A stretch of DNA of 64,000 nucleotides from Dehalococcoidia bacterium (lineage in GTDB: Bacteria; Chloroflexota; Dehalococcoidia; Lucifugimonadales; JAGWBF01), in assembly GCA_034421095.1 (NCBI GenBank), contig DAOUKR010000007.1:64712-128711 (forward strand), in the 5' to 3' direction. A program made the translations under genes and the position numbers. Shown piece by piece: positions 29,982 through 39,968 of this stretch (its first letter is position 1; each line of letters starts with the position of its first letter). The notes beneath the pieces were generated by a model that did not search any database, had not been told where the DNA came from, and saw nothing but the letters and a program-made list of their open reading frames with translations.

Positions 29982-31358
29982 ATGAAGAGTTCGCAGGAGT
30001 ACACAGTGGGATATGAAGGGACGACTACTGAACAGCTTGCCGATGAGGTAAAAGCGCTTCGGCGGCGTGTTGCTGAGTTGGAGTTGTCCGAAGTTCAGCT
30101 TATAGAGGCGGAGAAGGCGCTGCAAAGGAGCGAGGCCATCGAGCGGCGCTTGGCTGAAGAGAACGAGCTTCTTGCCAGGATTGGTCGAATTATCAGCTCG
30201 TCCCTTGACGTGGACGACGTGTACGAACAGTTTGCCGAAGAGGTCCGTAACCTGGTGCCAATTGACCGCATCGCTATCACAGTGTACGATCCCGAGAACA
30301 AAGCATGGAACCTCGCCTATGTATGGGGCTTGGAATCGAAAGAGTTTCTGCCCGGAAGCCTTATTTCATCTGCCCGCTCGGTCACCGCTGACGTTGTCAA
30401 GAACCGCTCAAGGTTCGTGTTCCTAGCCAGTGACAGGAACATAGTGGAGACTCAGATGCCCAGGATGATGCCCCTTTTTAACGTTGGGCTTCGGACATTC
30501 CTCTGGGTCCCTTTGATTTCCAATGATGAGGTTATAGGTGTTCTGACCCTGGCTTCTACCAACGTCAATGCCTATCCGGACGATGTTCTGGACCTCGTTG
30601 ACCGGGTGGGGACCCAGATTGCCGGCGCCATTGCCAGTTCCCAACTCTATTCCCAGATTAAGAGAACGCAAGAGGAGCTTAAGAGGTCGAATTCTGAGTT
30701 GGAGCAGTTCGCTTATGTGGCGTCCCACGACTTGCAGGAGCCGCTACGGATGGTCACGAACTACGTGCAGATTCTTGCGGATGATTACAAAGGCAAACTA
30801 AGTGACGATGCCGATAGGTTCATTGAATACGTTGTGGACGGGGCCGGCCGCATGAGAACGCTCATAGATGACCTGCTGTCCATCTCTCGGATAGGGAATC
30901 AGGGACGGGCATTCGAGCCTACCGACTGTAATGACGTTCTGCGGCGGGTTATTGCCAATCTGGAGACGACGATTGATAATAATGGAGCAGTGGTGACTCA
31001 CGATGTTCTGCCCGTAGTGAACGGGGACGCCGTCCAACTTGCCCAACTCTTCCAGAATCTGATTAGCAACGGAATCAAGTTTCGCAGAGAAGAGATGCCC
31101 CACGTTCATGTTTCCGCTGAGAAGAAAGACGATGAATGGGTCTTCTCGGTCTGCGACAATGGGATTGGAATTGCGCCGAGGCACTACCAGCGCATCTTTC
31201 TGATGTTTCAGCGTTTGCATGGCAGGTCCGAATACTCTGGCACTGGCATTGGACTGGCCCTTTGCCAAAAAATCGTACAGCGTCATAGAGGACGTATCTG
31301 GCTGGAATCAGAAGAAGGTAAAGGTTCGAGCTTTTATTTTACGGTGCCATGTATATAG
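29982..31358 (+). CDS. GAF-domain sensor histidine kinase
   Basis: Coiled coil plus GAF, H-box ASHDLQEPLR, N-box QNLISNGIKF, DNGIGI, GTGIGLA. Confidence 0.92.
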   Translation: MKSSQEYTVGYEGTTTEQLADEVKALRRRVAELELSEVQLIEAEKALQRSEAIERRLAEENELLARIGRIISSSLDVDDVYEQFAEEVRNLVPIDRIAITVYDPENKAWNLAYVWGLESKEFLPGSLISSARSVTADVVKNRSRFVFLASDRNIVETQMPRMMPLFNVGLRTFLWVPLISNDEVIGVLTLASTNVNAYPDDVLDLVDRVGTQIAGAIASSQLYSQIKRTQEELKRSNSELEQFAYVASHDLQEPLRMVTNYVQILADDYKGKLSDDADRFIEYVVDGAGRMRTLIDDLLSISRIGNQGRAFEPTDCNDVLRRVIANLETTIDNNGAVVTHDVLPVVNGDAVQLAQLFQNLISNGIKFRREEMPHVHVSAEKKDDEWVFSVCDNGIGIAPRHYQRIFLMFQRLHGRSEYSGTGIGLALCQKIVQRHRGRIWLESEEGKGSSFYFTVPCI

Positions 31359-31381
31359 GACGGATAAGGAGGTGAGGTATC

Positions 31382-31828
31382 ATGGGAACCCTCGGAACGC
31401 CCATTGAGATACTGTTAGTAGAAGACAATCCGGGAGACGTGGAGCTGATTCAGCGCGCCCTTAGAAACTCGGATTATCACTACAACCTGACTGTGGCGGT
31501 AGACGGCGAGGAGGCTATGACTACATTGCGCCAGCGGGGGCAGAGCTTTCCTCAACCCCTCCCAGATTTCATCTTGCTAGACCTGAATCTGCCCAGAAAG
31601 GACGGCCGTGAGGTGCTGTCGGAGGTTAAAGCGGACCCTCAACTGCAGAGTATCCCGGTTATCGTACTGACCACCTCAAAAGCTGAACAGGACCTTCTGG
31701 ATTCCTACGAGGCGCACGCTAATAGTTATGTCGTAAAGCCGGCTGATGCAAGGGAGTCTGAGATGATAATGAGCAAGATACTGGACTACTGGCTCAACAT
31801 CTCCTTGCTACCCAGAAACATTGGATAA
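31382..31828 (+). CDS. Single-domain response regulator (Rcp1-like)
   Basis: ILLVEDNPGD, ILLDLNLP, VLTTS, YVVKP; adjacent to the kinase. Confidence 0.93.
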   Translation: MGTLGTPIEILLVEDNPGDVELIQRALRNSDYHYNLTVAVDGEEAMTTLRQRGQSFPQPLPDFILLDLNLPRKDGREVLSEVKADPQLQSIPVIVLTTSKAEQDLLDSYEAHANSYVVKPADARESEMIMSKILDYWLNISLLPRNIG

Positions 31829-31839
31829 AGGGGGAAGGC

Positions 31840-32367
31840 TTATACCTGGTCACTCATTACGTTCTTGAACCACTTGCTTTCAAAAAACAGTAGAGGCTCC
31901 TCCCCGGAACCCCGGTACACTTCCTTTACCTCGCCAATATAGATTGTGTGGTCTCCATACTCGTGAGAAGCCACCACGTCACAGCCGAAAAATGCCAGGA
32001 CTCCATTCAGGGCGGGGACTCCGCAACCCGTAGTGATGGAATAGTCGTACTCCACATCCCCTTTCCGGTCCTCAGGCTTCCTGGCAAAATATTTGCCTAC
32101 GTCTTCCTGCTTGCCGCTAAGAATATTGACGCCAAAGCAGCGGCGGCTCTCCATGTACTTGTAGGTGTTGGTATTGTGGGCAACGCAAATAAGCACCAGG
32201 GGGGGCTCCAGGCAGACTGAAGTAAAGGAGTTGGCACTCATTCCATGCAAACCATCATCATCGTCCAGTGTGGTCACCACCGTGACCCCTGTTGCGAACT
32301 CTGACATGCACCTTCTGAAATCGTCTTTAGTAACCAAGATACCACCTTCACTTGAGTTTGCAGACAT
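31840..32367 (-). CDS. Flavin reductase family protein
   Basis: FATGVTVVT, NSFTSVCLEPPLV, GDHTIYIGEV, PLLF; true start probably about 30 nt downstream. Confidence 0.93.
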   Translation of the reverse strand: MSANSSEGGILVTKDDFRRCMSEFATGVTVVTTLDDDDGLHGMSANSFTSVCLEPPLVLICVAHNTNTYKYMESRRCFGVNILSGKQEDVGKYFARKPEDRKGDVEYDYSITTGCGVPALNGVLAFFGCDVVASHEYGDHTIYIGEVKEVYRGSGEEPLLFFESKWFKNVMSDQV

Positions 32368-32610
32368 TATATCTGAAACGGGGTGTTTACTCTAGCCCCA
32401 CTTCAACACCCGCAATATTTTTATATTTGCAAGGACTTACATTATGGCTAAATGGTATCGGTGTGACAATGGAAAGACCCTGTCAAAAGACCCTTGGTGG
32501 GTTGCTCAGGGCCGGCGTGTGTGCTAATTTGGTGGTGTAAGCCCTTATAGCGACGACCCCGGCGCATTTGCTTTGATAGCTTGTTCCCAGTTTGTTTCAA
32601 GGAGTCTAAG

Positions 32611-33486
32611 GTGGAACTACTCAGGAGCCTTGTGTTCGTGCCCGGCAACCGCCATGACATGTTGGAGAAGGCCAGGGATTTCGACGCTGACGTTATCATG
32701 GCAGACCTGGAGGACTCGGTCCCTCCTGCCGAAAAGCTGAATGCCAGGCAGATTGTGAAAGACTTAGCCCCCAGCCTATCCCAACGAGGCCGGAAGGTTA
32801 TGGTCCGGCTTAACTCCCTGGATACGGGGCTAACTCGTGACGAGCTATCGGCCCTGATTGGACCCCATCTCTACGGCGCAAGTTTAGGGAAGGTGGAGTC
32901 TACCTGGGATATAATGGAATGGAGCAGAATGGCCGTCGCCCTGGAGAAGGAGACTGGACTGGAGCCGGGTCACTTGAAGCTCATTCCCTGGATAGAGAAC
33001 TCCAGGGCCGTCATGAGGGTCTATGACATAGCCCTTGCCTCATCCAGAATCGTGGGGCTGGCATTTGGGGCTGAAGATTACACCGATGACATGGGCGTAC
33101 AGCGCACCGATACTGGCGATGAGGTGTATTTCCCGAGGGCTGCGGTTGCCGTAGCAGCCAGGGCGGCAGGCGTGGCCGCCTTGGACAGCCCATACGTGCG
33201 GTTCCGGGACGAGGACGGCCTGAAGATGGATATAGAATCGGCTCTAAAGTTGGGTTATAGGGGCAAGTTTGCGATACACCCCGCTCAGCTTGACATAATC
33301 AATGACATGTTCAGTCCGTTGCCCCAGGACATCGAATATGCCCGCAGAGTTGTAGAGGCTTGGGATGAGGCCGAAAATTCTGGTAGAGGCTCGACATCTC
33401 TCGACGGTAGAATGATAGACGTGCCGGTGGTAAAGCGCGCCAGGAATCTACTGGCGCTGGCGGATGCCATTGCGCGGAGGGAGTAG
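32611..33486 (+). CDS. CitE-like CoA ester lyase (HpcH/HpaI aldolase/citrate lyase family)
   Basis: RSLVFVPGN, DLEDSV, VRLN, LAFGAEDY, GKFAIHPAQ, GRMIDVP. Confidence 0.92.
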   Translation: MELLRSLVFVPGNRHDMLEKARDFDADVIMADLEDSVPPAEKLNARQIVKDLAPSLSQRGRKVMVRLNSLDTGLTRDELSALIGPHLYGASLGKVESTWDIMEWSRMAVALEKETGLEPGHLKLIPWIENSRAVMRVYDIALASSRIVGLAFGAEDYTDDMGVQRTDTGDEVYFPRAAVAVAARAAGVAALDSPYVRFRDEDGLKMDIESALKLGYRGKFAIHPAQLDIINDMFSPLPQDIEYARRVVEAWDEAENSGRGSTSLDGRMIDVPVVKRARNLLALADAIARRE

Positions 33487-33499
33487 CAGGAGGTGAGGG

Positions 33500-33868
33500 T
33501 TGCCCTCTGATAGAATAATCCTTGAAGGGATGCAGTTCTATGGCTATCATGGCGGCAGCTCTGAAGAGCGCTCCTTGGGCCAGCCTTTTCAGGTAGACAT
33601 GGAGGCTGAGCTTGATCTTAGCGTCGCCGGGAAGTCGGATAACCGAGACGATACGGTGAGCTACACTCACCTGTACCGGGTTGCCAAGGAGGTGATGGAA
33701 GGGGAGCCAAAGTACCTTCTTGAGGCCCTTGCAGAGGAAATTGCCAGATGCTCTCTGGGGGCCTTTCCTATTCGGGCAGTCAGAGTAAGGGTGAAGAAGA
33801 CCCGCCCTCCCATCAAGGGAGCGGTTCTTTCAGGGGCGGCCGTGGATGTTTACCGGGCCAGGTGCTAA
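33500..33868 (+). CDS. folB: Dihydroneopterin aldolase
   Basis: FYGYHG, EERSLGQPFQVD, DTVSY, LLEALAE, VRVKK. Confidence 0.93.
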   Translation: MPSDRIILEGMQFYGYHGGSSEERSLGQPFQVDMEAELDLSVAGKSDNRDDTVSYTHLYRVAKEVMEGEPKYLLEALAEEIARCSLGAFPIRAVRVRVKKTRPPIKGAVLSGAAVDVYRARC

Positions 33869-33898
33869 AAGGTCGGGCCGAGCCGTCCGGGCTCCCTC

Positions 33899-35155
33899 TT
33901 ACTCGCGCGGCGCTGCCACTCTTTCGGAAGCCAGCTTGTTGACGTAGACTTGCCCCTCCTTCATTACCAGCTTGATACGGCTCTTTTCCTGCAATATGGT
34001 GATGTCGGAAAGGGGGTCGCCGTCCACTACCGTCAGGTCTGCGGCCTTCCCTTTTTGGACTGTGCCAATCTCCTTCTCCAGACCGAGACATTCCGCGGCC
34101 CAGCCTGTAGCTGCAACCAGGGCCTGCATGGGTGTCATGCCGGCGGTTACCAAGTGCTGAAGCTCCTCGGCGTTGTTTCCGTGGACCCAACCTCCTGCAT
34201 CGGTCCCGGCCACTACCTTTACCCCTGCGGCCAGCGCGCGTTGCATACTCTCCACGTGATGCTCACGTAGCGCGCGAGATCTGGCTTGCCCATGAGGCGT
34301 GCCCTTTGCCCCGTGAAATTCGTAGACCGTGAAAGTGGGAACGAAGAAGGTGCCTTTGTCGGCCATCATCCTGACAAGCTCCGGGTCCTCGTCCAGGTAC
34401 GTCCCATGCTCTATGGAGTTCGCACCGGCTTCAATGGCCGTCCTCAGTCCGGGGCCACCCAGCGCATGGCACATGGCCCTTCTTCCCAGGGCGTGAGCCT
34501 CATTCACCAGAGCCTCGACCTCGTCACGCCCAAACTCCACGTCTTTGGGGCCATGTCCCGGTCTGGAGCTTGCCCCGCCGGTTGTAGCAAACTTGATTAC
34601 GTCCGCGCCCACCATTACCATCTCCCGTACCTTGGTGCGCACCTCGTCCACCCCGTTCGCTATTCCTATAGGGAGGTGTGGGTCTATCAGAGGTTGGCAA
34701 TGGCCTGAAGGACTGGTCCTATCCGCGAGACCCCCTGTGGGAGAGATAGGTCCAGTTGCTACAACAAGGCGCGGACCTGGTATAAGTCCCTCTTCTACGG
34801 CCAGTTTGAATCCCGCATCCAGCCAGCCGGCGTCCCGAACTGTTGTGTAGCCCGTTAAAAGGGTCTGCTCTAACACTCTGGCGGTCCGTATGGTCTGCAC
34901 GGTCCTGGGCTCATTTAGTCCCCATCGTCCGACGAGGTCGTATCCGTGGGAGACCAGGTGGTCGTGACAGTCAATGAGTCCGGGAAGCAGTGTCATACCG
35001 GAGACTGGGATAATTTCAGCGTCAGGAGGGAAGGCAACCGCCTCTTGAGGACCGACTGCATGTATGATGCCGTCATCATTCACGAGCACCGCAGTGTCCG
35101 GCACGGGAGGACTTCCTGTGCCATCTATAAGGGTTGCACCTAGTAGCACCTTCAT
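33899..35155 (-). CDS. Metal-dependent amidohydrolase (Xaa-Pro dipeptidase-like)
   Basis: PGLIDCHDH, GYTTVRDAG, DVIKF, CHA, IEHG, AGTDAG, GKAADL. Confidence 0.92.
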   Translation of the reverse strand: MKVLLGATLIDGTGSPPVPDTAVLVNDDGIIHAVGPQEAVAFPPDAEIIPVSGMTLLPGLIDCHDHLVSHGYDLVGRWGLNEPRTVQTIRTARVLEQTLLTGYTTVRDAGWLDAGFKLAVEEGLIPGPRLVVATGPISPTGGLADRTSPSGHCQPLIDPHLPIGIANGVDEVRTKVREMVMVGADVIKFATTGGASSRPGHGPKDVEFGRDEVEALVNEAHALGRRAMCHALGGPGLRTAIEAGANSIEHGTYLDEDPELVRMMADKGTFFVPTFTVYEFHGAKGTPHGQARSRALREHHVESMQRALAAGVKVVAGTDAGGWVHGNNAEELQHLVTAGMTPMQALVAATGWAAECLGLEKEIGTVQKGKAADLTVVDGDPLSDITILQEKSRIKLVMKEGQVYVNKLASERVAAPRE

Positions 35156-35252
35156 GGACGCCCCCCTGTTTCAAAAATTGCAACTTTGGTATGCCTGAAT
35201 CTTATCGGAGGATGATAATCTCGTTGATTTTGTCAGTCATAGTATAAGCGAA

Positions 35253-35285
35253 AGCTCCCTGGATGACTACCCAGGGAGCTTCTGC
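35253..35285. terminator. Hairpin, likely terminator
   Basis: AAGCTCCCTGG...CCAGGGAGCTT inverted repeat followed by a T-rich tract. Confidence 0.5.
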
Positions 35286-35347
35286 TTGTTCTCTGGTAAG
35301 GCCCCTTCCCGGTCCTGGCAAGGGGGCTTGCTTGATAGGCTATCTTG

Positions 35348-36505
35348 TTATTGGGCCCTGCTCCTGCTGAGACGGAAGGCGAATAGACCGCCCGCGAGGA
35401 AGAACGCTCCTACCACGAGGCCCATCAAAGCAATGCTTGAGTAACTGATGCTGCCGAAGGTGTCTCCCGGCTTTGGAGGGGCAGGCGGTATCTCTATGTT
35501 GTAGGTACCCATGGCTTGGGCTGCCAAGTACGTTTGCATTGCGCCTTTCCCGTCGGCACCGGACCCATTGAGGGCCCATTCAAGCATTGCCGCTGCGTTT
35601 CCTAGCATGATTCTGGCTGCATCGAAGTCTTCAACTTCCAACGCACCTAGGGCCAAGTCCCGGGCCTGCCCGGCCATCATGTCGGTCTGGCTGGCCGATT
35701 CCATGACTTCCCCGGCGTACATGGCAATCATATCGCCCCTGGCGGCGCCTGCGGCGGCCATTCCCGCCTGAGTCCCGGCGTCGGCTGCGTAGCTGAGGAC
35801 GCCAAAGCCGTCACCAGGGTTCTGTGTCTCACCGTCGCCGTTCAGGTCGCCGGCGTTCTCCCCTTCCATGCCCTCAATGATGTTGACCACGTGCTCGGCG
35901 TGTGCCTGGACTCCCGCCAGATTAGACGCTTCTGAGGCCAGATTGGCATGTTGGAGGGCGACCATGGTCTGTTCTCTGAGACCCACGGCGGTGCCCTTGG
36001 CGGTGCCCTCGTGGAAGCCGGACATGTACTCTGGGTTACCCTCTGCGGAGAACACGAGATTTCTGATCTGGGCTATCGTCCCGGCAGGGAACGTATAAAC
36101 CAGGGCGATCTCTTCGGAGGGGCCTGGGTCATCGTCGGGTACTGGTTCTATGGTGACGGCAAAGGTGTTGAAATCGGCGAAGAGGTTCTCTCCGGTTGGC
36201 TCGTCGTCGGACATTAGCATGAAGGTATGGCTAATCATGCCGTCGGAGTCTGCGTTGAGTATGCCGGTGCTCTCCTTCCGCTCCCCGGAATCGCTGACGA
36301 ACCAGCCTTCATACGCTTGGCCCTCCGGGAGAGACGACACGTTCATAATGTGTATAGTGGCTTTATCACTCATGTTGCCGCTCTCATCGCTGTCCATAAT
36401 AGTGACTGTGCCCGAGTCCGAATCTGCCAGGGCTAACGTCAGGGGGATGAGCAAAGAGAGTATTCCCGCCGCCAAGAGAACCGGAAAGACCTTATACCAA
36501 GACAT
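35348..36505 (-). CDS. Exported, C-terminally anchored protein with anti-sigma RskA-like domain
   Basis: N-terminal signal peptide; LPEGQAYEGW and FAVTIEP resemble the RskA C-domain; C-terminal PPAPPKPGD, hydrophobic helix and basic tail. Confidence 0.6.
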   Translation of the reverse strand: MSWYKVFPVLLAAGILSLLIPLTLALADSDSGTVTIMDSDESGNMSDKATIHIMNVSSLPEGQAYEGWFVSDSGERKESTGILNADSDGMISHTFMLMSDDEPTGENLFADFNTFAVTIEPVPDDDPGPSEEIALVYTFPAGTIAQIRNLVFSAEGNPEYMSGFHEGTAKGTAVGLREQTMVALQHANLASEASNLAGVQAHAEHVVNIIEGMEGENAGDLNGDGETQNPGDGFGVLSYAADAGTQAGMAAAGAARGDMIAMYAGEVMESASQTDMMAGQARDLALGALEVEDFDAARIMLGNAAAMLEWALNGSGADGKGAMQTYLAAQAMGTYNIEIPPAPPKPGDTFGSISYSSIALMGLVVGAFFLAGGLFAFRLSRSRAQ

Positions 36506-36604
36506 GGCGCCTCCTTTACTTTGAGACCATCTATCTGTAAGCCGCTTTGCTGTACGCTTTCCGTTGTCTATAGTTCGCAGGATGCAACCTGCAAACTGCA
36601 CCAT

Positions 36605-36633
36605 AGTATAAGCATTTTTTTTACTCCTGACAA
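36605..36633 (-). promoter_or_regulatory. Sigma70-type promoter
   Basis: Minus strand TTGTCA (36633-36628), 17 bp spacer, TATACT (36610-36605); supports start 36505 over 36604. Confidence 0.55.
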
Positions 36634-36804
36634 GTCTTTATAACACCAGATAGCAACGAAATTCCGTAGTGTTGTGACTTGGAAGCAAAAGGGTTATCAT
36701 CTTTTCAGTACCTTACCTATGGTTTGGCCCTATGGTTTGGGATACGTATACTGGTGACCTGGGTTAGCATAATATAAAAAGGTTTATTTTTCGAGAGGTG
36801 TGAC

Positions 36805-38298
36805 ATGAGCAGCGAGTATGACGTATTGGTCGTGGGCGCAGGAAATGCTGCGCTTACCGCCGCAATTGCCGCTCTGGAAAATGGCTCTAAAGTCCTGGTT
36901 TTGGAAAAAGCCCCGGAATACTTTCGTGGAGGTAATACTTACTTCACAGGCGGTATCATCCGATGTGCCTATAACGGCATCGAGGACATCAAGTCCCTTG
37001 TTCCGGATATGTCCCCTGAAGAAGAGCAGTCCGTGGATGTGGGCAAATATACTCAGGACGATTTCTATAGCGACCTCATGCGGGTAACGGGAGGACTTGC
37101 GGACCCTGAGCTTGCCCAACTGTTGGTAGGACAGTCACATCCCACTTTGTTATGGCTGCGTGAAAGAGGTGTACGGTTTGTACTCTCATTCGGCAGGCAG
37201 GCATTCAAGGTGGGTGACAGATACCGGTTTTGGGGCGGCCTGGTGGTGGAGTCAGTGGGCGCGGGTAAGGGCCTTTCCGACCAGCAGTTTGACGTTGCCG
37301 AAAGGATGGGGGCGGAGATTCGGTATCAGACCAAAGGGGTCAAGCTCCTCCAGGATAAGAAGGGCCGCGTATCGGGAGTCACAGTCCAAGGCCCCGATGG
37401 ATTTGAAGATATTTCTGGCAAGTCTGTTGTACTTGCCAGCGGCGGGTTCGAGTCGAACGCCGAGATGAGAGCCAGATACCTCGGCCCAGGCTGGGAGTTG
37501 GCCAAGGTGCGTGGGATACCGTACAACACGGGAGACGGCATTCGGATGGCGCTGGATATAGGTGCGCAACCCCACGGCCACTGGAGTGGATGCCACGCAG
37601 TGGCCTGGGACTTGAACGCTCCTCCCTATGGCGACAGGGTTGTCACGGAGCTTTATCAGAAGCACTCCTACCCCTTCGGCATCATAGTGAACGTCCACGG
37701 CAGGAGGTTCGTGGATGAGGGAGCGGACTTCCGCAATTACACCTATGTCACCTACGGACGGGAGATATTGCGCCAGCCTCAGAACGTGGCTTTCCAGATC
37801 TTCGACGACAAGGTGAAGCATCTTCTGAGAGAGGAGTACCGCATTCCCCAGGTGACCATGGCTACTGCCAACAGCATAGAGGAGTTGGCCGACAGGCTTG
37901 ACATCGACAGGGATGGCCTTGTCCAAACCGTGAGGGAGTTCAACGCCGCGGTCCAGGATAGGGAGTATAATCCCACCGTCCTCGATGGGAAGGGCACCGA
38001 GGGGATTGAGCCTCCCAAGACCAACTGGGCACTCCCCATAGATACGGCCCCCTTCTCGGGCTATGCGGTGACCTGCGGCATTACCTTCACCTTCGGCGGA
38101 CTCAAAATCAACAATCGGGGTGAGGTGCTGGACTGCGAGGAGGCCCCTATTCCGGGTCTTTATGCTGCCGGCGAGCTGATTGGCGGCCTGTTCTACTACA
38201 ACTACCCCGGCGGCTCCGGTCTCACGGCGGGAGCGGTGTTTGGGAAAATTGCCGGGGAGAACGCAGCCAGACACGTGGCGACGCTGGCCAAGGATTGA
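36805..38298 (+). CDS. tcuA: FAD-dependent tricarballylate dehydrogenase TcuA-like
   Basis: VVGAGNAAL, RGGNTYFTGG, LASGGFESN, GCHAVAWD, FVDEGAD, GITFTFGGL, YPGGSGL. Confidence 0.75.
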   Translation: MSSEYDVLVVGAGNAALTAAIAALENGSKVLVLEKAPEYFRGGNTYFTGGIIRCAYNGIEDIKSLVPDMSPEEEQSVDVGKYTQDDFYSDLMRVTGGLADPELAQLLVGQSHPTLLWLRERGVRFVLSFGRQAFKVGDRYRFWGGLVVESVGAGKGLSDQQFDVAERMGAEIRYQTKGVKLLQDKKGRVSGVTVQGPDGFEDISGKSVVLASGGFESNAEMRARYLGPGWELAKVRGIPYNTGDGIRMALDIGAQPHGHWSGCHAVAWDLNAPPYGDRVVTELYQKHSYPFGIIVNVHGRRFVDEGADFRNYTYVTYGREILRQPQNVAFQIFDDKVKHLLREEYRIPQVTMATANSIEELADRLDIDRDGLVQTVREFNAAVQDREYNPTVLDGKGTEGIEPPKTNWALPIDTAPFSGYAVTCGITFTFGGLKINNRGEVLDCEEAPIPGLYAAGELIGGLFYYNYPGGSGLTAGAVFGKIAGENAARHVATLAKD

Positions 38299-38307
38299 GG
38301 TGCCAGT

Positions 38308-39459
38308 CTACCGCAGCCCTCTGAAAAAGGTCCGCATATCCTCCACCAGCAATTCAGGCTCCTCCAACGAGGCGAAGTGGCCCCCTCTTGGCATGGTGCT
38401 CCACTGCTGAAGGTTGAGAGAGCGCTCCGCCCACTCCCTCGGCGGTTTGAACAACTCCTTCGGAAAGGTGGCTACTGCGCAGGGGACTTGAACGCGGTCG
38501 CCCTGCTCCAGAAACCAGGGGCTGCGCTGGGACTCGTAGTAGAGTCGGGTGGAAGAGCCGATGGTCTGGGTTGCCCAGTAGATTGTGATGTTGGTGAGAA
38601 GCTCGTCCTTGGTGAAGCGGCTTTCCACGTTGCCGTCGCAGTCGCTCCATGAGCGCCACTTTTCCACAATCCAGGCCGCCAGTCCGGCCGGGGAATCATT
38701 CAGCCCGTAGGAGAGGGTCTGGGGCTTGGTCCCCTGTATGTGGGCATATCCGCCCTCATCCTGACGCCATCGCTCGCGCTCCTCAAGGAACACCTTCTCC
38801 GCCTCGTTCAGTTCGCGAGTACCCGGACCTATGTATGGTTGAGCGCCGCCGACTAGGGTTATGTGGATGCCCTTTACGACCTGAGAGTAAGTGTATCCCA
38901 GGCGGGCAGTTACGCTTGCACCCCAATCTCCGCCCTGAGCAACGAACTGCTGATACCCCAACTCTTCGGTCATTATCTTCGCCCAGATGTCCGCGATTCG
39001 CCAATAGTTCATCCCCGGCTGCTGGGGGCGGTCCGAGAACCCGAATCCCGGCCCCGACGGGACAACCACGTCGAAGGAGTCCGCCGGGTCTCCACCGTGG
39101 CTGGCCGGGTCGGTGAGCAGGGGTATGATTTTGACCATCTCGAAGGGGTTCTTGGGCCATCCGTGGGTGATGACAAGGGGGAGGGGATTAGGCCCCTTGC
39201 CGCGCTCGTAGATGAAGTGAATGCCCAGACCGTCAATGTTCGTGCGGTACTGGTCAAAGGAGTTGAGCATCTCCTCTTGTGCCCGCCAGTCAAACCGGGT
39301 CCGCCAGTATTCGGTTAGCTCTTTCACGTATGCGAGATTGGACCCATAGTCCCACCGGGAGTCGTTGATTTCATCCGGCCACCGGGTGTCAGCCAGACGC
39401 TCCCGAAGGTCTTCCAGAGTCGAGTCCGGGACGTGTACATTGAACGGTTGAATAGCCAT
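38308..39459 (-). CDS. Epoxide hydrolase (alpha/beta fold with EHN domain)
   Basis: WRTRFDWR, THGWP, PSGPGFGFS, QGGDWG, LNDSPAGLAAWI, GGHFASLEEP. Confidence 0.93.
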   Translation of the reverse strand: MAIQPFNVHVPDSTLEDLRERLADTRWPDEINDSRWDYGSNLAYVKELTEYWRTRFDWRAQEEMLNSFDQYRTNIDGLGIHFIYERGKGPNPLPLVITHGWPKNPFEMVKIIPLLTDPASHGGDPADSFDVVVPSGPGFGFSDRPQQPGMNYWRIADIWAKIMTEELGYQQFVAQGGDWGASVTARLGYTYSQVVKGIHITLVGGAQPYIGPGTRELNEAEKVFLEERERWRQDEGGYAHIQGTKPQTLSYGLNDSPAGLAAWIVEKWRSWSDCDGNVESRFTKDELLTNITIYWATQTIGSSTRLYYESQRSPWFLEQGDRVQVPCAVATFPKELFKPPREWAERSLNLQQWSTMPRGGHFASLEEPELLVEDMRTFFRGLR

Positions 39460-39844
39460 TGTCCGAGTCCTCCTGTTAACGTTGCGGTGAGCTTATCTAT
39501 CATGCCGGCCCTGTCACGGTTCCGGGTAATTAGCGACCTGGACCTTAGGAGCGGGGTTTATTGAAACAAAGGAGAGTGGTAGGCCAACGTCTACTATACT
39601 AAGAACTTTTCACTGGGAGGTCAAGCTGTAGGCCTTTGACGGTCTCTGCGGGAACCTGGAGGGCGCTCTCCAGCTTTGCATTGGCCGTCTCGGATTGTAC
39701 GAGCATGACCCCTAAAGCGCTTGACGGAAGGCCGCCGCCCACACAAGTTTGAAGGAAGGGCAGCAGGCCCGGCGTCCCCATTCGCCGGGAGATGTCCGAG
39801 CCTTTTCCCAAGCGTGTGGCGCTATCGAAGGCCCCGATGTGTAA

Positions 39845-39968
39845 GAGGGTGTTTGCAAAGCCCCTTCTCCCCTTGCGGGAGAAGGCTGGGATGAGGGGTA
39901 TCACCCTCACCTCAATCCTCTCCCATCAAGGGAGAGGAGGCTTGGGACGCCACTTTAGAAACACCCTC
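39845..39968. mobile_element. 124-bp non-autonomous MITE, IS5-family (IS1031-like) ends
   Basis: Terminal inverted repeats GAGGGTGTTTGCAAAG / CTTTAGAAACACCCTC (14 of 16 match), flanked on both sides by TAA; internal REP-like hairpins. Confidence 0.7.

Noticed and set aside
29982-31828. Phytochrome/Rcp1 light-sensing system
   Set aside because: Kinase core and response regulator resemble Cph1/Rcp1, but there is no PAS-GAF-PHY architecture or bilin-binding Cys motif
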